Both the position numbers and the translations under genes were made by a program. Below are positions 13,325 to 27,217 of a DNA stretch of 64,000 nucleotides, in pieces (within the stretch, counting starts at the first letter, position 1; each line of letters opens with the position of its first letter). The stretch lies in the NCBI RefSeq assembly GCF_004010195.1, contig NC_057719.1:79805030-79869029 (forward strand). Direction: 5' to 3'. Under the pieces are notes generated by a model. The model did no database searches, was not told where the DNA came from, and was given only the letters and a program-made list of their open reading frames with translations. The DNA is from Chiloscyllium plagiosum. Its lineage: Eukaryota.

Positions 13325-13509
13325 CCTCTCCATGTAGGAGCTATGGAACTGATCCCCAATCTGCTGCAGTTTCCGTCCAATCCGAATCTCCACTCTCTCC
13401 TCAGGCTGTGCATCCATCTGTAGCACATTCTCCCGATCATGATGGGGTGCTGTGCTGGCCCGCGGCACTTCAAAAACCTCAGTAAAATTCAGGCGATACG
13501 CTGCACTGC
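13325..13509 (-). CDS. bmf: BMF-like BH3 exon (G-SAAYRL...VEIRIGRKLQQIGDQFHSSYMER)
   Basis: Acceptor tactttcctgcag|GC completes Gly in frame with the previous exon (LFYGSAAYRL vs human LFYGNAGYRL). BH3 core LQQIGDQF at 13369-13346. Donor AGG|GTAGGT; 185 nt, ends phase 0. Confidence 0.9.
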
Positions 13510-13878
13510 CTGCAGGAAAGTACAACAAATCGTAACTCAAGATGTTTGTCATTGTCTCCCCCTCACCCCAATTCTTTCTCTGCCTTGCTCTCCAAGGAAT
13601 CCCTCGAAGCGAAAACAAGAGAAATCTGCTTTTGTGATTTGGCAAAAGCCTAATCAATATTTCCACATGCTCGCCAGGTGAAACAAGTGAACGCTCTTCA
13701 CATTCTCCAGCATTGTTCATGTCTCACCTCACTGGATGGTTGCAATCACGGATGTTAAGGTGGGAGGGCATGACTTGAGTCATGCTGATATCACTGATTC
13801 AGGGCAAACATGAGTCTCCCTTCATAATGAAACAATTCATTGAAAGGACTGCCCATTTACAATGGTCCTCCTCCACAT

Positions 13879-14820
13879 GACACACACAGACACACACGCA
13901 CACACAGGCGCACACACACACTCAGACACACACACACACACACAGACACAGACACTCCCACACACACAGATACACACACACACACACACACACACAGACA
14001 CACACACAAGACACATACACACACACACACATATAGGCACAGGCACAGACACACACACACCCAGGCACACACACACAGACACAAACACACACACTCACAC
14101 ACACACACAGACACACACAGAGACACACACACTCACAGACACACACACACATATATATATATATACACAAACAAATGGAGACACAAACAGATTCATGGAC
14201 ACCGATCAATGAATGGCATACAGACATATTGGGAGGTACACACACACGTACAAGCATGGGACTCATACACAGACACACGTATGTACAAGACTACACATAT
14301 GGACACACTGACAATTTATATGTGGGGGGGACTGACATTAATGGACATACTAACACACACATTGACATGCACATGTATGTGCAGATAGAAATACATAAAC
14401 CTTCAAACATGGGTATATATACATGGACATAGATAGGTATTCAATATGTTTGTGTTTATATGTATACAAATATATAAAGATATATGCACTCACAAACACA
14501 CAACACATGCATAACAAACATATACATATGCATTCACGTACACACATTCATATACATACATGTATACACACAAAATTGAGGATTAAACACAAAGATATGT
14601 TGAGCGCTTCAGTTGATAATGTACCAACCTGTGGTTGGGAAGGCCCAGTTTTAAGACTTACTCCAGGAAGTGTGTTCATCTGGATTGAATTTCCACATGT
14701 TTTCTCACTTCTCCTTAAGATGGAGTCAGTGGTATGGTGGTAATGTCACACACAAACACACACATTGACACAAACATACAGTATATACACACCTACAGCA
14801 CACACGCAGTTACACACACA
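13879..14820. repeat. (CA)n/(CACAGA)n microsatellite and degenerate CA/TA tract
   Basis: Direct reading. Confidence 0.9.
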
Positions 14821-16111
14821 CCCTTGCAGCACACTAACTGAAATGAGTAACTTAGTAAGCTTGCTTCAAAGTGAGAGGTCAAAAGTTCTGTCTCGATTTC
14901 TTTTAAACTTCACACAGGATCAGACGCCAGGCTAATGAGAGTCATTCTGATTTGGGTGAAGGTGTGAAAGTCAGAGCGGGTGAGAGAGGAGCAGCTGAGA
15001 AGCACAGAGGGGGCAAGCTGATGGACTGTTTCAAGCATCCCAATCCCTGGAGACTGGGAACGCAACAATACTTTTGACGCATGCTCAGTTTCCCACACTA
15101 AAACGAGTCCATTCGCATTCCCCATGCCCTCCCCACAAACTCACTTCACTACCATGCTTGACCAGCTACACTTCCTGTGTGAAAGTAAGCAATGTGTTTT
15201 AAGGGCCTATTCGACCACAGAGTGCATCGCTTGCAACCAATATCCATACACGCTTGTTTTCATGCAGTTGGTAGACGTGCCTTTTCTGTAGAATGAGGAA
15301 AAGTGAAATAGCCTGATCCATCATCCTACTGCCGCCCTGTGACAGCTTCATAAACTCAACGTAGCCCTTCCACTGGGATTAGGAACTGACTACGAGATCT
15401 TTGTTTTATAGCTCAGTATTATACTGATTCAGCCACTGGGGGAGCTCAGGAACCATTCAGAGGACAGGCAAATTGTAATAACACATTCAAAAAATACTCA
15501 CCACACAGATTTTAAGAGTCACTTCATAAGGCTTTTTCTCTCAGGCACAGAACTAGAGGTCTTAGACTCAACCTTATCTTTTTATTTGGCTAAGAGTCAA
15601 TTTTGTCAGGTTTCATGGAGGGTCTCTCTCTCTCCCTCTCTCTCTGCAAAGCGAATACAATCTCTCATTGTTGACCAAGTTCACATCATTAACTTGTCAA
15701 CCTACCTCTATGGTCCTTGCTTTGTTGGGCAGGGAGCATCAGCTGGACTGCGTCCTTTATGCGCACCCGCCTACCCCCCCCCCCCTTACTCCCAGCAGGA
15801 CCACCACCCCCAACAAGGATCATGTTCAACCACACTCACTCGCAAGCAACATCTCTCCTCGCTCACTCTGCATGCCCTCTGTGCTGCCCGTCCACTCACT
15901 CGGGACACCCATACCAGCAAGCGCTGCGCCACTCACTTGCATTTCCCATCAAACTGGACTCTTTCTCATTCCAGGAGCAAAACAGCCCCCAAAAGGGCAT
16001 AAACAAACAAGATGAATGAGTGGTTTTGTGCTTGACTGACTGACTATCCGGAGCAGCTGGCTGACTGAATCCAAGCCCCAGGACTGGTGTTGGGGACTGC
16101 CCCTGACTTAC

Positions 16112-16217
16112 TGTGCCGGGACTTCTGCTATGTCTCTTGCTGAGGAGTGCTGACATCTGAGACAAGCGTTCCTGGCTCTGTTTCTGGGCAGCACAGCAGC
16201 CCTTGTGAGCCAGATAT
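16112..16217 (-). other. Candidate 106-nt frameshifting cassette exon between the two coding exons
   Basis: Acceptor ccttgcctgtttttcgctcctcacccctccgccatag| and donor ACA|GTAAGT. Open in the incoming frame, but length is not a multiple of 3. Confidence 0.35.
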
Positions 16218-16429
16218 CTATGGCGGAGGGGTGAGGAGCGAAAAACAGGCAAGGTGAGGGAGGGATGCTGTGAGCATCCGAGTCGGCTCAGAGTGAGTGA
16301 GTGTGAAAAGAGCAAGCAAACAGCCCAGGATGGTAGCCTGGTCCAGTCCATCAGCTGGTTGAATGTCTCCCTAAGCTCCTTGCTGCAGCATCACAATCAG
16401 AGTTACCAGGGCAGGCACTGAATCCAACC

Positions 16430-16645
16430 CTGACTAATGTACCTAACCTACACATCCCTGAACACTATGGGCAATTTAGCATGGTCAATCCACCTAACTT
16501 GCACATCTTTAGATTGTGGGAGGAAACCCACACAGACACAGGGAGAATGTGCAAACTCTACACAAACAGTCGCCCAAGGCTGGAATCGAACCTGGGTCCC
16601 TGATGCTGTGAGGCAGCAGTGCTAACCACTGAGCCACCGTGCTGC
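16430..16645 (-). mobile_element. HE1-type V-SINE
   Basis: Same head and core as the other copies. Confidence 0.8.
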
Positions 16646-16924
16646 CACAAACTGTGCCACCCCACTGTGCTTGCCACTACCTAGAATCCCCAGAAACATA
16701 GTTAAAAGATGCAGTGAGTTGTTCCCAGTAGGCCTCTGTGCACTTGCTGCTCTATTTCTCGCCTCATCACAGATCGTTCAAGGCCCTACAAAATTCCATC
16801 CACAAAATCCACATCCTTTTGTTCATAACCTAATTTTTAAAATTCCCTTTCTGAACCTCTCTGCTTCACTACCCTTCTCCTCTCCTTTAAGATGCTCCTG
16901 ACAACATGAATTCCTAACCAATTT

Positions 16925-17510
16925 GTGAAGAAGGTGATTGGTAAGTTTGCCTTTATGGTCAGTGCATTGAGTATATGAGTTGGGAGGTCATGTTGCAGCT
17001 ATACAGGACATTGGTGAGGCCACTTTTGGAATATTGTGTGCAATCCTACTCCAGGGAAAGGTTCAGGAAAGATTTACAAGGATGTTGCCAGGGTTGGAGG
17101 GTTTGAGCTGTAGGGAGAGGCTGAACAGGCTGGGGCTATTTTCCCCAGAGTGTTGGAGGCTGAGGGAGGATTTTATAGAGGTTTATGAGAGGCATGGATA
17201 GGGTGAATAGCCAAGGTCTTTTTCCCAAGGTAGAGGAGTCCAACACTAGAGGGCATAGTTTAAGGTGAGAGGGGAAAGATTTAAAAGTGACCTGAGTGGC
17301 AACTTTTTCACACAGATGGTGGTGCGTGTATGGAATGATCTGCCAGAGGAAATGGTGGATTTACACCATTTAAAGGACATCTGGATGGGTACATGAACAG
17401 GAAGGGTTTGGAGGGATATGGGACAAACACTTCCAAATGGGACTAGATCAGCTTAGGATATCTGATTGGTATGGACGAGTTGGACCGAAGGGTTCATTTC
17501 TGTGCTGTGG
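16925..17510 (+). mobile_element. CR1-like LINE 3' fragment
   Basis: RFTRMLPGLEGLSCRERLNRLGLFS. Confidence 0.85.
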
Positions 17511-18478
17511 TGTCTGTGCTAACTTGCTCCAGTATCTCCTCAGTGACAAATTCCATGTCTTTTTAAATGGCCCTGTAAAGTGTTCTGGACCATTTTAACT
17601 GTGCTGTTAACTTTTTGGAAAGAAAGATTTCCTGCACAAACTCAAAATAATGAAATGATATCGAGTGTGGAGAGGCCATCGCAAGCAGCCTGGAATATTA
17701 TGAACTTTGAGATTAATGACTGGATTTGGAAGGCAAATGTGAGCATAAATACACGACTCTGCCAACAGACTGCTCTGGGACACCGCATCCAGTTAGCAAG
17801 CATAAATCCCATGCCAAGGTCAGCATGACTCTGGCAATTAGGGAGGAGATCATTAACCACAGGTTTGTACTGTGTAAATATGAGCAGAGAAGAATAGTCT
17901 GGAGGTTGAATGGTCCCTTATTTCTCAGAGCCACTGTAACACTTTGCTGGCTGATATACCTGCTTTCAGAAGATAGCTGCATTCATTCTTTCCTGGAGCA
18001 CAAGTGGGATCCTCTGGCACTCAGCTCATGTGATCTCCTTGGTGTGGGGGGGCAGGGGGAACCTTTGTTTTCACTGGGGAGCTTTCCCCTTATTGTCGGG
18101 AGATTGCATGGTTTTGAGGGAGGCTACTCAAGGCGGGGGGGGGGGGGGGTTGTGGGGCATTGAGAAAAGCTTCTGATTGAACAACAGCTCCTCTCCAGCC
18201 CATGATGGACAACAGCTCCTCTCCAGACCACTGGTTTCAAATGCGTTCTTAAGTAAAATGGAATTAATCGATAAAATATGGGCCACTCACAAGACTCAAA
18301 GAAGCAATACAGCAAACCTGGAACTAGAGACTGGCAAGGATGTACTGCCCATAAAGGGGAAAAATGTGATGGCGACAAGGCGTCTAATTCTGTGAAAAGA
18401 AAAAAATTAAGCTGGTCTAACACCTCTTGAGATGTCCAAATGTATTTGAGAACCAATTAAGTTTGATTGGACTAAAGG

Positions 18479-20285
18479 TCATAGAGTCATAGAGATGTAC
18501 AGCACGGAAACAGACCCTTCGGTCCAACCCGTCCATGCCGACCAAATTTCCCAACCCAATCTAGTCCCACCGGTCAGCACCTGGCCCATATCCCTCTAAA
18601 CCCTTCCTATTCATATACCCATCCAAATGCCTCTTAAATGTTGCAATTGGACCAGCCTCCACCACATCCTCTGGCAGCTCATTCCATACACGGACCACTC
18701 TCTACGTGAAAAAGTTGCCCCTTTGATCTCTTTTATATCTTTCCAGTCTCACCCTAAACCTATGCCCTCTAGTTCTGGACTCCCCGAACCCAGGGAAAAG
18801 ACGTTGTCTATTTATCCTATCCATGCCCCTCATGATTTTGTAAACCTCTATAAGGTCACCCCTCAGCCTCCGACGCTCCAGGGAAAACNNNNNNNNNNNN
18901 NNNNNNNNNNNNNNNNNNNNNNNNNNNNNNNNNNNNNNNNNNNNNNNNNNNNNNNNNNNNNNNNNNNNNNNNNNNNNNNNNNNNNNNNNNNNNNNNNNNN
19001 NNNNNNNNNNNNNNNNNNNNNNNNNNNNNNNNNNNNNNNNNNNNNNNNNNNNNNNNNNNNNNNNNNNNNNNNNNNNNNNNNNNNNNNNNNNNNNNNNNNN
19101 NNNNNNNNNNNNNNNNNNNNNNNNNNNNNNNNNNNNNNNNNNNNNNNNNNNNNNNNNNNNNNNNNNNNNNNNNNNNNNNNNNNNNNNNNNNNNNNNNNNN
19201 NNNNNNNNNNNNNNNNNNNNNNNNNNNNNNNNNNNNNNNNNNNNNNNNNNNNNNNNNNNNNNNNNNNNNNNNNNNNNNNNNNNNNNNNNNNNNNNNNNNN
19301 NNNNNNNNNNNNNNNNNNNNNNNNNNNNNNNNNNNNNNNNNNNNNNNNNNNNNNNNNNNNNNNNNNNNNNNNNNNNNNNNNNNNNNNNNNNNNNNNNNNN
19401 NNNNNNNNNNNNNNNNNNNNNNNNNNNNNNNNNNNNNNNNNNNNNNNNNNNNNNNNNNNNNNNNNNNNNNNNNNNNNNNNNNNNNNNNNNNNNNNNNNNN
19501 NNNNNNNNNNNNNNNNNNNNNNNNNNNNNNNNNNNNNNNNNNNNNNNNNNNNNNNNNNNNNNNNNNNNNNNNNNNNNNNNNNNNNNNNNNNNNNNNNNNN
19601 NNNNNNNNNNNNNNNNNNNNNNNNNNNNNNNNNNNNNNNNNNNNNNNNNNNNNNNNNNNNNNNNNNNNNNNNNNNNNNNNNNNNNNNNNNNNNNNNNNNN
19701 NNNNNNNNNNNNNNNNNNNNNNNNNNNNNNNNNNNNNNNNNNNNNNNNNNNNNNNNNNNNNNNNNNNNNNNNNNNNNNNNNNNNNNNNNNNNNNNNNNNN
19801 NNNNNNNNNNNNNNNNNNNNNNNNNNNNNNNNNNNNNNNNNNNNNNNNNNNNNNNNNNNNNNNNNNNNNNNNGATTCTCCTTAACTCTATTTGCCAAAGC
19901 TATCTCATGTCCCCTTTTTGCCCTCCTGATCTCCCTCTTAAGTATACTCCTACTTCCTTTATACTCTTCTAAGGATTCACTCGATCTATCCTGTCTATAC
20001 CTTACATATGCTTCCTTCTTTTTCTTAACCAAACCCTCAATTTCTTTAGTCATCCAACATTCCCTATACCTACCAGCCTTTCCTTTCACCCTAACAGGAA
20101 TATACTTTCTCTGGATTCTCGTTACCTCATTTCTGAAGGCTTCCCATTTTCCAGCCGCCCCTTTACCTGCGAACATCTGCCTCCGATCAGCTTTCGAAAG
20201 TTCTTGCCTAATACCGTCAAAATTGGCCTTCCTCCAATTGAGAACTTCGACTTTTAGATCTGGTCTATCCTTTTCCATCACTATT
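18479..20285 (-). mobile_element. Longer CR1-like LINE copy spanning a gap (ORF2 linker plus 3' end)
   Basis: 19873-20285 is open: LNWRKANFDGIRQEL...CWMTKEIEGLVKKKKEAY...LANRVKEN. 3' end at 18479-18888. Confidence 0.8.
18889..19872. other. Assembly gap
   Basis: Run of N. Confidence 1.
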
Positions 20286-22085
20286 TGTCTTTCATTATAA
20301 TGCATGTTTCGTTAGCATAAATTCACTATAACGCAATTGACAAACTGGGAGCATTGTTTCTAAAGCACGAACTTTTAAAATGTGTGTTGGCAGTAACGCG
20401 ATTACATCACCAACAGTTTAAGTGCCGTTTCTAAAGCATGGTTTTTCTATAACACTATATGTCTGTGTCTATATATTACAACAATAATGTGGGGCCATTG
20501 CAGTACATACAGAAACAAAAGATTTGACATAGATCTCACCTGAATTTAGAGGATGCAACTATTAGTGAAGACGAAGCAAGTTTGGACTCTTTTCTCCAGA
20601 ACAGAGAAGAATAAGGTAACCTAACTGAGGCCTTCCAAACGAAGGAATCTTTTGACAGTGCGGGAGGAGAGAAGATTATTTCCAATTGTGGGGAGTCCAA
20701 AACTAGGATGGATGGATGGAGGGTGGACATTAATAAATCTAGTTAAATATTCAGGGGTAACTTCAGGAGCAGAGAAGGAGCATTCATTACCACAGCACAG
20801 TTAGGATGCCCAAACAATCATGTCTTTGCATAGTATTGGTGTTGAATTCCACCTCCTATTTCAGCCACAGCACACTCTACTCACATGAGTAATCGGCTCC
20901 GATTTTTCACCCCATGAATGGATGTATCATTTTCCTGTGCCTTATCACTGGGTGCGTGGGATCAGTTCGGTAATGTGGGCTGTGTGGTGAAAATGTACAA
21001 AAGGTTTAAGACGCGGCCACTGTTTGTGTTGCATGCGGATGATTTTTGAAAACTGTGGCCACCCACACACTCCAGTGAACAAATGGTATATTTGATATCT
21101 GGGTCGGCATTTTAGAAGGGGCTGTCAAGGCTTCAAAGTCTGACTTATATTCCAACACCTCTGGTATTTTTTTGCAAACGTGCTTCCTTACCCAACCTGT
21201 TTTACAGGTATAACACGCTCAGCTGTAATTGGCAAATAGGGAGGAATGGGAGTGCACAGGTAGAAACTGGGTCAGGAGACGTGATCTCCCATCTAGATTG
21301 GGGTCAGTGTAAATGTCAAATCACCTCTTATTAACACAGTTGGTAGGCGGCATCTGGATCACAATGCAAAGGTACCATAACATTATGAGGCACACTAGCT
21401 AAATCTGTGCCTCCTTCCCATCCAACATATACATATGTTTGTTTGCAACATTACAGATCGCTGCCTCTCCTTCTAACTTCTCAAATTCCACTTACCACTG
21501 CCACTACCCCCCCCACCCCAAGTAAAAATTATTTGGTTGGTTTTACAGCAACAGGTGCAGGACACTTAGCTCTCCCAGTGTTCGATTAGATCATCTCTAA
21601 TCTATGTCTAAACTCCATTTACTCAGCTTTGTTCCAAATTCCTTGAGAACTTTACTGAACAAAAACCACATCAACCTCAATTCTGAAACTTTCAATGTCT
21701 CTGGACATCAGAGTTCCAAATTTCCACAGCTATGATACTGAAGAAATGTTTCTTGATACTCCTGAATAGCTTGGCTCAATTTTCATATTATGCTCCCGCA
21801 CTCTGGGCTGCACGACTTGAAGGAACCGTCCTTGCTTATCATCCGTATCAACTTCACCAAAGAACTCGAAGAACTCAATCAGACCAGTTCCAAATCTTCT
21901 TGACACTGGGCAATGTCAAGTCCATGCAACATGTCCCCACAATATAACCCTTTTCACCACAGTACTGTTCTGGACCATAATGTAAATGGCCACTAAATCT
22001 CCACAAGGAAAGCAGACTGTTTTTTCTGGCTTCTGAAATCTGATGGGCAATGTGCTTAGAATCATAAAATAATTACAGGACAAAA

Positions 22086-22137
22086 GGAGCTTACTCAGAT
22101 GTTGGAGCTTACTCAGATGTTGGAGCTTACTCAGATC
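22086..22137. repeat. 18-bp unit x3 (GGAGCTTACTCAGATGTT)
   Basis: Direct reading. Confidence 0.85.
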
Positions 22138-22902
22138 TCTGCAATTGCAATTTAGCTCGTCCCAACGGCACATCGTGCATATCATTTTTCTTCAAGTGCT
22201 TACCCAATTCCCTACAGAAAGCCACAGTTGAATGGGCCTGGACCACCCTCCTGAACATTGTATTTCCATCCTAACCATTCACCAGCCAAAACAAAAAGGG
22301 GACTTTTCTCTTTCATGGGATGTGGGCATTGCACGCAAGGCCAGCATTTCCTCTCTCTCCATAATTCCCCTTAAACTAAGTGGCCATTTCAAGGGGCATT
22401 TTAAAGTCAACCACATGTTGTTGTGGACATGGAGTCGCACTTGACCAGACCAGCTAAGGAGGGCAGATTTCCTTCTCTAAAGGACACAAGAAAACCAGAT
22501 GGGTTTCTGCAACAATCAAAGGGAGATACATGGTTACCATCAACGAGATTATTTTCACATTCCATATTTACTAAATTCCATCACCTAACCGAGTGGGATT
22601 TGAACCCACGTCCCCAAAATGCAAACTGGGTCTCTGGAATACCCACGCAGTGAGATTACCACTCACGTTGCCTTTGGTTCCTTGGTCATTCATCTGATGT
22701 CTGGGTCTTCTACTCTGTCCGGACCCCTGTGGATTTTGAATGCCTGCTTCTCAACCTTCTCTAACAAGAACAGCCCCAACCCCTCCAGTCTATCCTTGTA
22801 GCTGAGTCTGGAATTGTTCTCAGCAATCTTTTCTGCACTCGATATAAAGCCTTCATATCCTTCTTAAAACAAGATGCCTATTGGATGCTATGCTCGAGAC
22901 AA

Positions 22903-23885
22903 AATAACTGCAGATGCTGAAATCCGAAGAAGGCAGGCAGGAGGCTGGAAGAACACAGCATCAGGAGGTGGAGAAGTCGATGTTTCGGGTGTAACCCTTC
23001 TTCAGGTCTGGGGGTGGATGTTGGGGGAGCTACAGATAAAGGGGGTGGTGGAGGCAGGATGGTGAAGTGGGGGTGGGGGAAAACAGGTTGAAGGCACAAC
23101 TGGTTGGCCAATGGGAGGAAAGGATCTGGTAGGTGGCAGGGAGGAGTGGAAGGGAGGGGGAGGTGTTGGAAAGGGAGACAGGGGATGGGAAGGGAGGTTA
23201 TTTGAAATCAGAGAAGACAATGTTGAGACCTCCGGGCTGCCCAGGTGGAGATGAGGTGGGTTTTTTTTAATTTTTAGATTAGATTCCCTACAGTGTGGAA
23301 ACAGGCCCTTTGGCCCAACAAGTCCACACCGACCCTCTGAAGAGAAACCCACCCAGACTCATTTCCCTCTAACCAATGCACCTAACACTATGGGGCAATA
23401 TAACATGGCCAATTCACCTGACCTGCACATCTTTGGACTGTGGGAGGAAACCGGAGCACCCGGAGGAAACCCACGCAGACACGGGGAGAATGTGCAAACT
23501 CCACACAGACAGGCGCCTGAAGGTGGAATCAAACCAGGAACCCTGGTGTTGTGAGGCAGCAGTGCTAACCGCTGAGCCACCATGCCACCCCTCCAATTGC
23601 TGTTCCTCCAATTTGCGCTGAGGTTCGTTTTGGCAATGGAGGAGGCCAAGGTATGGTCATGTCGGAAAGGGAATGATGGGGGAATTAAAATGGGCAGTGA
23701 CTGGGGGGGTCTGGTCGGCCCCTTTGGGCCCGGCTGCGTTGCTTGGCGAACCGCTCCCTAAGTTTATGTTTGGTCTCCCCGGTGTAGAGAAGACCACATT
23801 GGGAGCACCTGATGCAGTGAACCAGGATGGAAGAGAGGCAGGTGAACCTCTGTCTCACCTGGAGGGACTGTCTGGGGCCCTGGAT
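22903..23885 (-). mobile_element. Penelope-like element remnant interrupted by a SINE
   Basis: Near-identical to the 48215-48785 PLE copy; HHR motif at 22975-23009. Confidence 0.75.
23275..23590 (-). mobile_element. HE1-type V-SINE nested in a PLE
   Basis: Full head, core and (aatct)n tail. Confidence 0.85.
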
Positions 23886-24109
23886 GGAGCTAAGGCTGAA
23901 CTTGTGTTTTGTAAAAGCCCATCATTATTTCTCTGCTCCTCTAAGATCCCACCACATCTTTTCATCAATACCTCAAACTGCCATGCCACCTTCAAAGCTT
24001 TGTGTGTGTACATTTGTACATCTTTGAAAACTAGGAAGGTAGATGCGGGAGAGAGGGAGAGTGGTTGAATGGGCCCTAGTAGATGTTACAAAGCTATAGC
24101 ACATAGGCA

Positions 24110-24446
24110 CAGAATCCCTAAAGTGTGGAAGCAGGCCATTCAGCCATTGCACACCAAACCTCTGAAGAAGGGGATCTCACCCAGACCCGCCCCCTATCCT
24201 ATATTTCCCATGGCTAATCCACCTAACTACACATCCCTGAATACGGTGGGCAATTTAGCATGGTCAATTCACCCAATCTGCACATCACTGGATTTTGGGA
24301 GGAAACCAGGGCACCCCGAGGAAACCCACACAGACACGGGGAGAATGTGCAAACTCCACACAGACAGTCGCCCTCGGGTGGAATTGAACCCAGAATCCCG
24401 GGTGCTGGGAAGCAGCAGTGCTAACCACTGAGCCACCGTGCTGCCC
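24110..24446 (-). mobile_element. HE1-type V-SINE
   Basis: Full head, core and tail. Confidence 0.8.
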
Positions 24447-25549
24447 TGAGGGGATCATTAGCCTGAGGCAATCGTTCTGCTCCATCCAGGAAAAAGGCCA
24501 AGCTCCCAAGAGATGCAAGTCCATCAAATCTGAATAAACTGGGTGGAATGGAGCTCCCAGAAATGTCAGAGGTGGAACATTTTCCACAGGCATCTCCAGA
24601 GGAGGTTTGTTCTGTTTGTCAGTGGGATGTGGGCATTGCTGGTGAGGACAGTAACTGTCAACTCAGCTCTGATTACCGTCAGGAAGTGATGTCGGGTCGC
24701 TTTGTGAACTGCTGGAGTCCGTGTTGTCAGGAAGGGAGCTTTTGCAGCCTCTTCTGATTACTGGGTTTGAGCTGTCAGCTCTTTCACTAAGCTTCCTGCT
24801 GTCCATGGTGCTACTGTGGTGACATACTTCACTGGGAACCTGCGGTTCATTGTGGTGGAGTCCAACTAGGAATATTTTTCAGGCACCGAGACCCTTTCTC
24901 GGGCCCCTGTGGGTGAAAGCAGTGAGCTTGTTCCGGCTTAGACTTCCCGACGTTTGGAAACAAGGCCTCAGCCCTTCTGTGGCCAGGGAGGGTTGGAAAG
25001 CTGCAGGTTTGGTGATTTGGTGCCAATGATAGTCAAAAAAGTCAAAACCTCTTACTGTGTCACCAGCTCTTCAGAGTTGCTGGATCGCCAAGACACGGGT
25101 CGGAGGCCTAGTGGGGTTTCCGGGTAGCCCAGACATCAGTTGAAATTTTGCCTTGTGTTGTCAAACCGCTCCACCTCAAATGGTTTCCCACCCCCACATG
25201 TCCAGGTGGAGCAGTGGAGGGCTGGTGGCAGACTGATGTGTGCTCATGAACATGGAGCTCGAAAAACAGCCGGAAATGTTATTGAACCTGTCCTGCACTT
25301 CTCCCTAGGAAATTGCTCAACTTAACCCGCAGTACAGCTCCTTGGTACAGATCATAAACTCCAGTCCCGCCAGACAGAACATTCGCTTCCCCCTCCCCAC
25401 CCACTTGAAAATAAAATGTCTGTTTATTCATTTTCGCTACAGAAGTGAGAGGGAAAAGTGAGTATAGGGGGCAGAAAGAGATGTAGAAGGTGGAGGAAGG
25501 GCATGGAGTTTGGAGAAAATTCCATACGTGCTGACAGATCATTTTACAC

Positions 25550-26717
25550 TCTCACACAACCACTAAAACACACACACACACACCCCACTAACATACACAC
25601 ACCACAAACACAATCTCAATCACATTCACAAACCCACTACTACACACTCACTCACACACGCTCCCTCACACTCAGAGACTAACAACCATTCACACACTCT
25701 CTCTCGAACACACACAAACTTACAGAATCTCACTCTCTCTCACACAAGCACATACATGAACACATATACAGATGCACATTCATGCCTGCGTGCACACAAT
25801 CACAAACATATTCACACCCAGATATGCATGCACAGATGTGCGCACATAATCATGGACACACATATGCATACTTGTACGTGTGCACGCATTCACACACATA
25901 AATGCATACGTGCACACGTATTCAGACACACACAAATGTATTCTTGCACACGTGCACGCATTCACACACACACAAATGCATTCCTGCACACATGCATGCA
26001 TTCACACATACAAATGCATTCCTGCACACATTCACACATATACAAATGCATACCTGCACACACACACATTCACAAACACATATGCGTACCTGCACAGACG
26101 CACGCACATTAACACACACATATGCATACCTGCACACACACATTCACATACGCATACCTGCCCACACACACACGTGCACACATTCACACACACACATATG
26201 CATTACTGCCCACACGTGCACATATTCACACACCCACCCACGCACTCCCGCCCACACGCACACACATTCACACACACACATATGCATTCCTGCCCACACG
26301 CACACACATTCACACACACACATATGCATTCCTGCCCACACGCACACACATTACACACACACGTATGCATAACTGCCCACACGCGCACACATTCACACAC
26401 ACACATATGCATTCCTGCCCACGCACATACATTACACACACACATATGCATAACTGCCCACACGTGCACACATTACACACACACGTATGCATAACTGCCC
26501 ACACATTCACACACACACATATGCATTCCTGCCCACGCACACACATTACACACACATATGCATAACTGCCCACATGTACACACATTCACACACACACATA
26601 TGCATTACTGCCCACACGTGCACATATTCACACACACATATATGCGTACCTGCCCACACGCAAACACATTCACACACACACATTCGTACCTGCCCACACG
26701 CGCACACATTCACATAC
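25550..26717. repeat. CA-rich degenerate tandem repeat running into a gap
   Basis: cacacattcacacacacacatatgcattcctgcccacacg units. Confidence 0.9.
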
Positions 26718-27217
26718 NNNNNNNNNNNNNNNNNNNNNNNNNNNNNNNNNNNNNNNNNNNNNNNNNNNNNNNNNNNNNNNNNNNNNNNNNNNNNNNNNNN
26801 NNNNNNNNNNNNNNNNNNNNNNNNNNNNNNNNNNNNNNNNNNNNNNNNNNNNNNNNNNNNNNNNNNNNNNNNNNNNNNNNNNNNNNNNNNNNNNNNNNNN
26901 NNNNNNNNNNNNNNNNNNNNNNNNNNNNNNNNNNNNNNNNNNNNNNNNNNNNNNNNNNNNNNNNNNNNNNNNNNNNNNNNNNNNNNNNNNNNNNNNNNNN
27001 NNNNNNNNNNNNNNNNNNNNNNNNNNNNNNNNNNNNNNNNNNNNNNNNNNNNNNNNNNNNNNNNNNNNNNNNNNNNNNNNNNNNNNNNNNNNNNNNNNNN
27101 NNNNNNNNNNNNNNNNNNNNNNNNNNNNNNNNNNNNNNNNNNNNNNNNNNNNNNNNNNNNNNNNNNNNNNNNNNNNNNNNNNNNNNNNNNNNNNNNNNNN
27201 NNNNNNNNNNNNNNNNN
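26718..27217. other. Assembly gap
   Basis: Run of N. Confidence 1.

Noticed and set aside
13837..14743. His/Thr- and Cys/Val-rich ORFs (also 25756-27265)
   Set aside because: Artefacts of CA microsatellites and N gaps.
18627..20305. 557/480-aa ORFs
   Set aside because: Mostly N. Flanks are CR1 ORF2 pieces, and the gap looks too short for a whole RT, so intactness cannot be judged.
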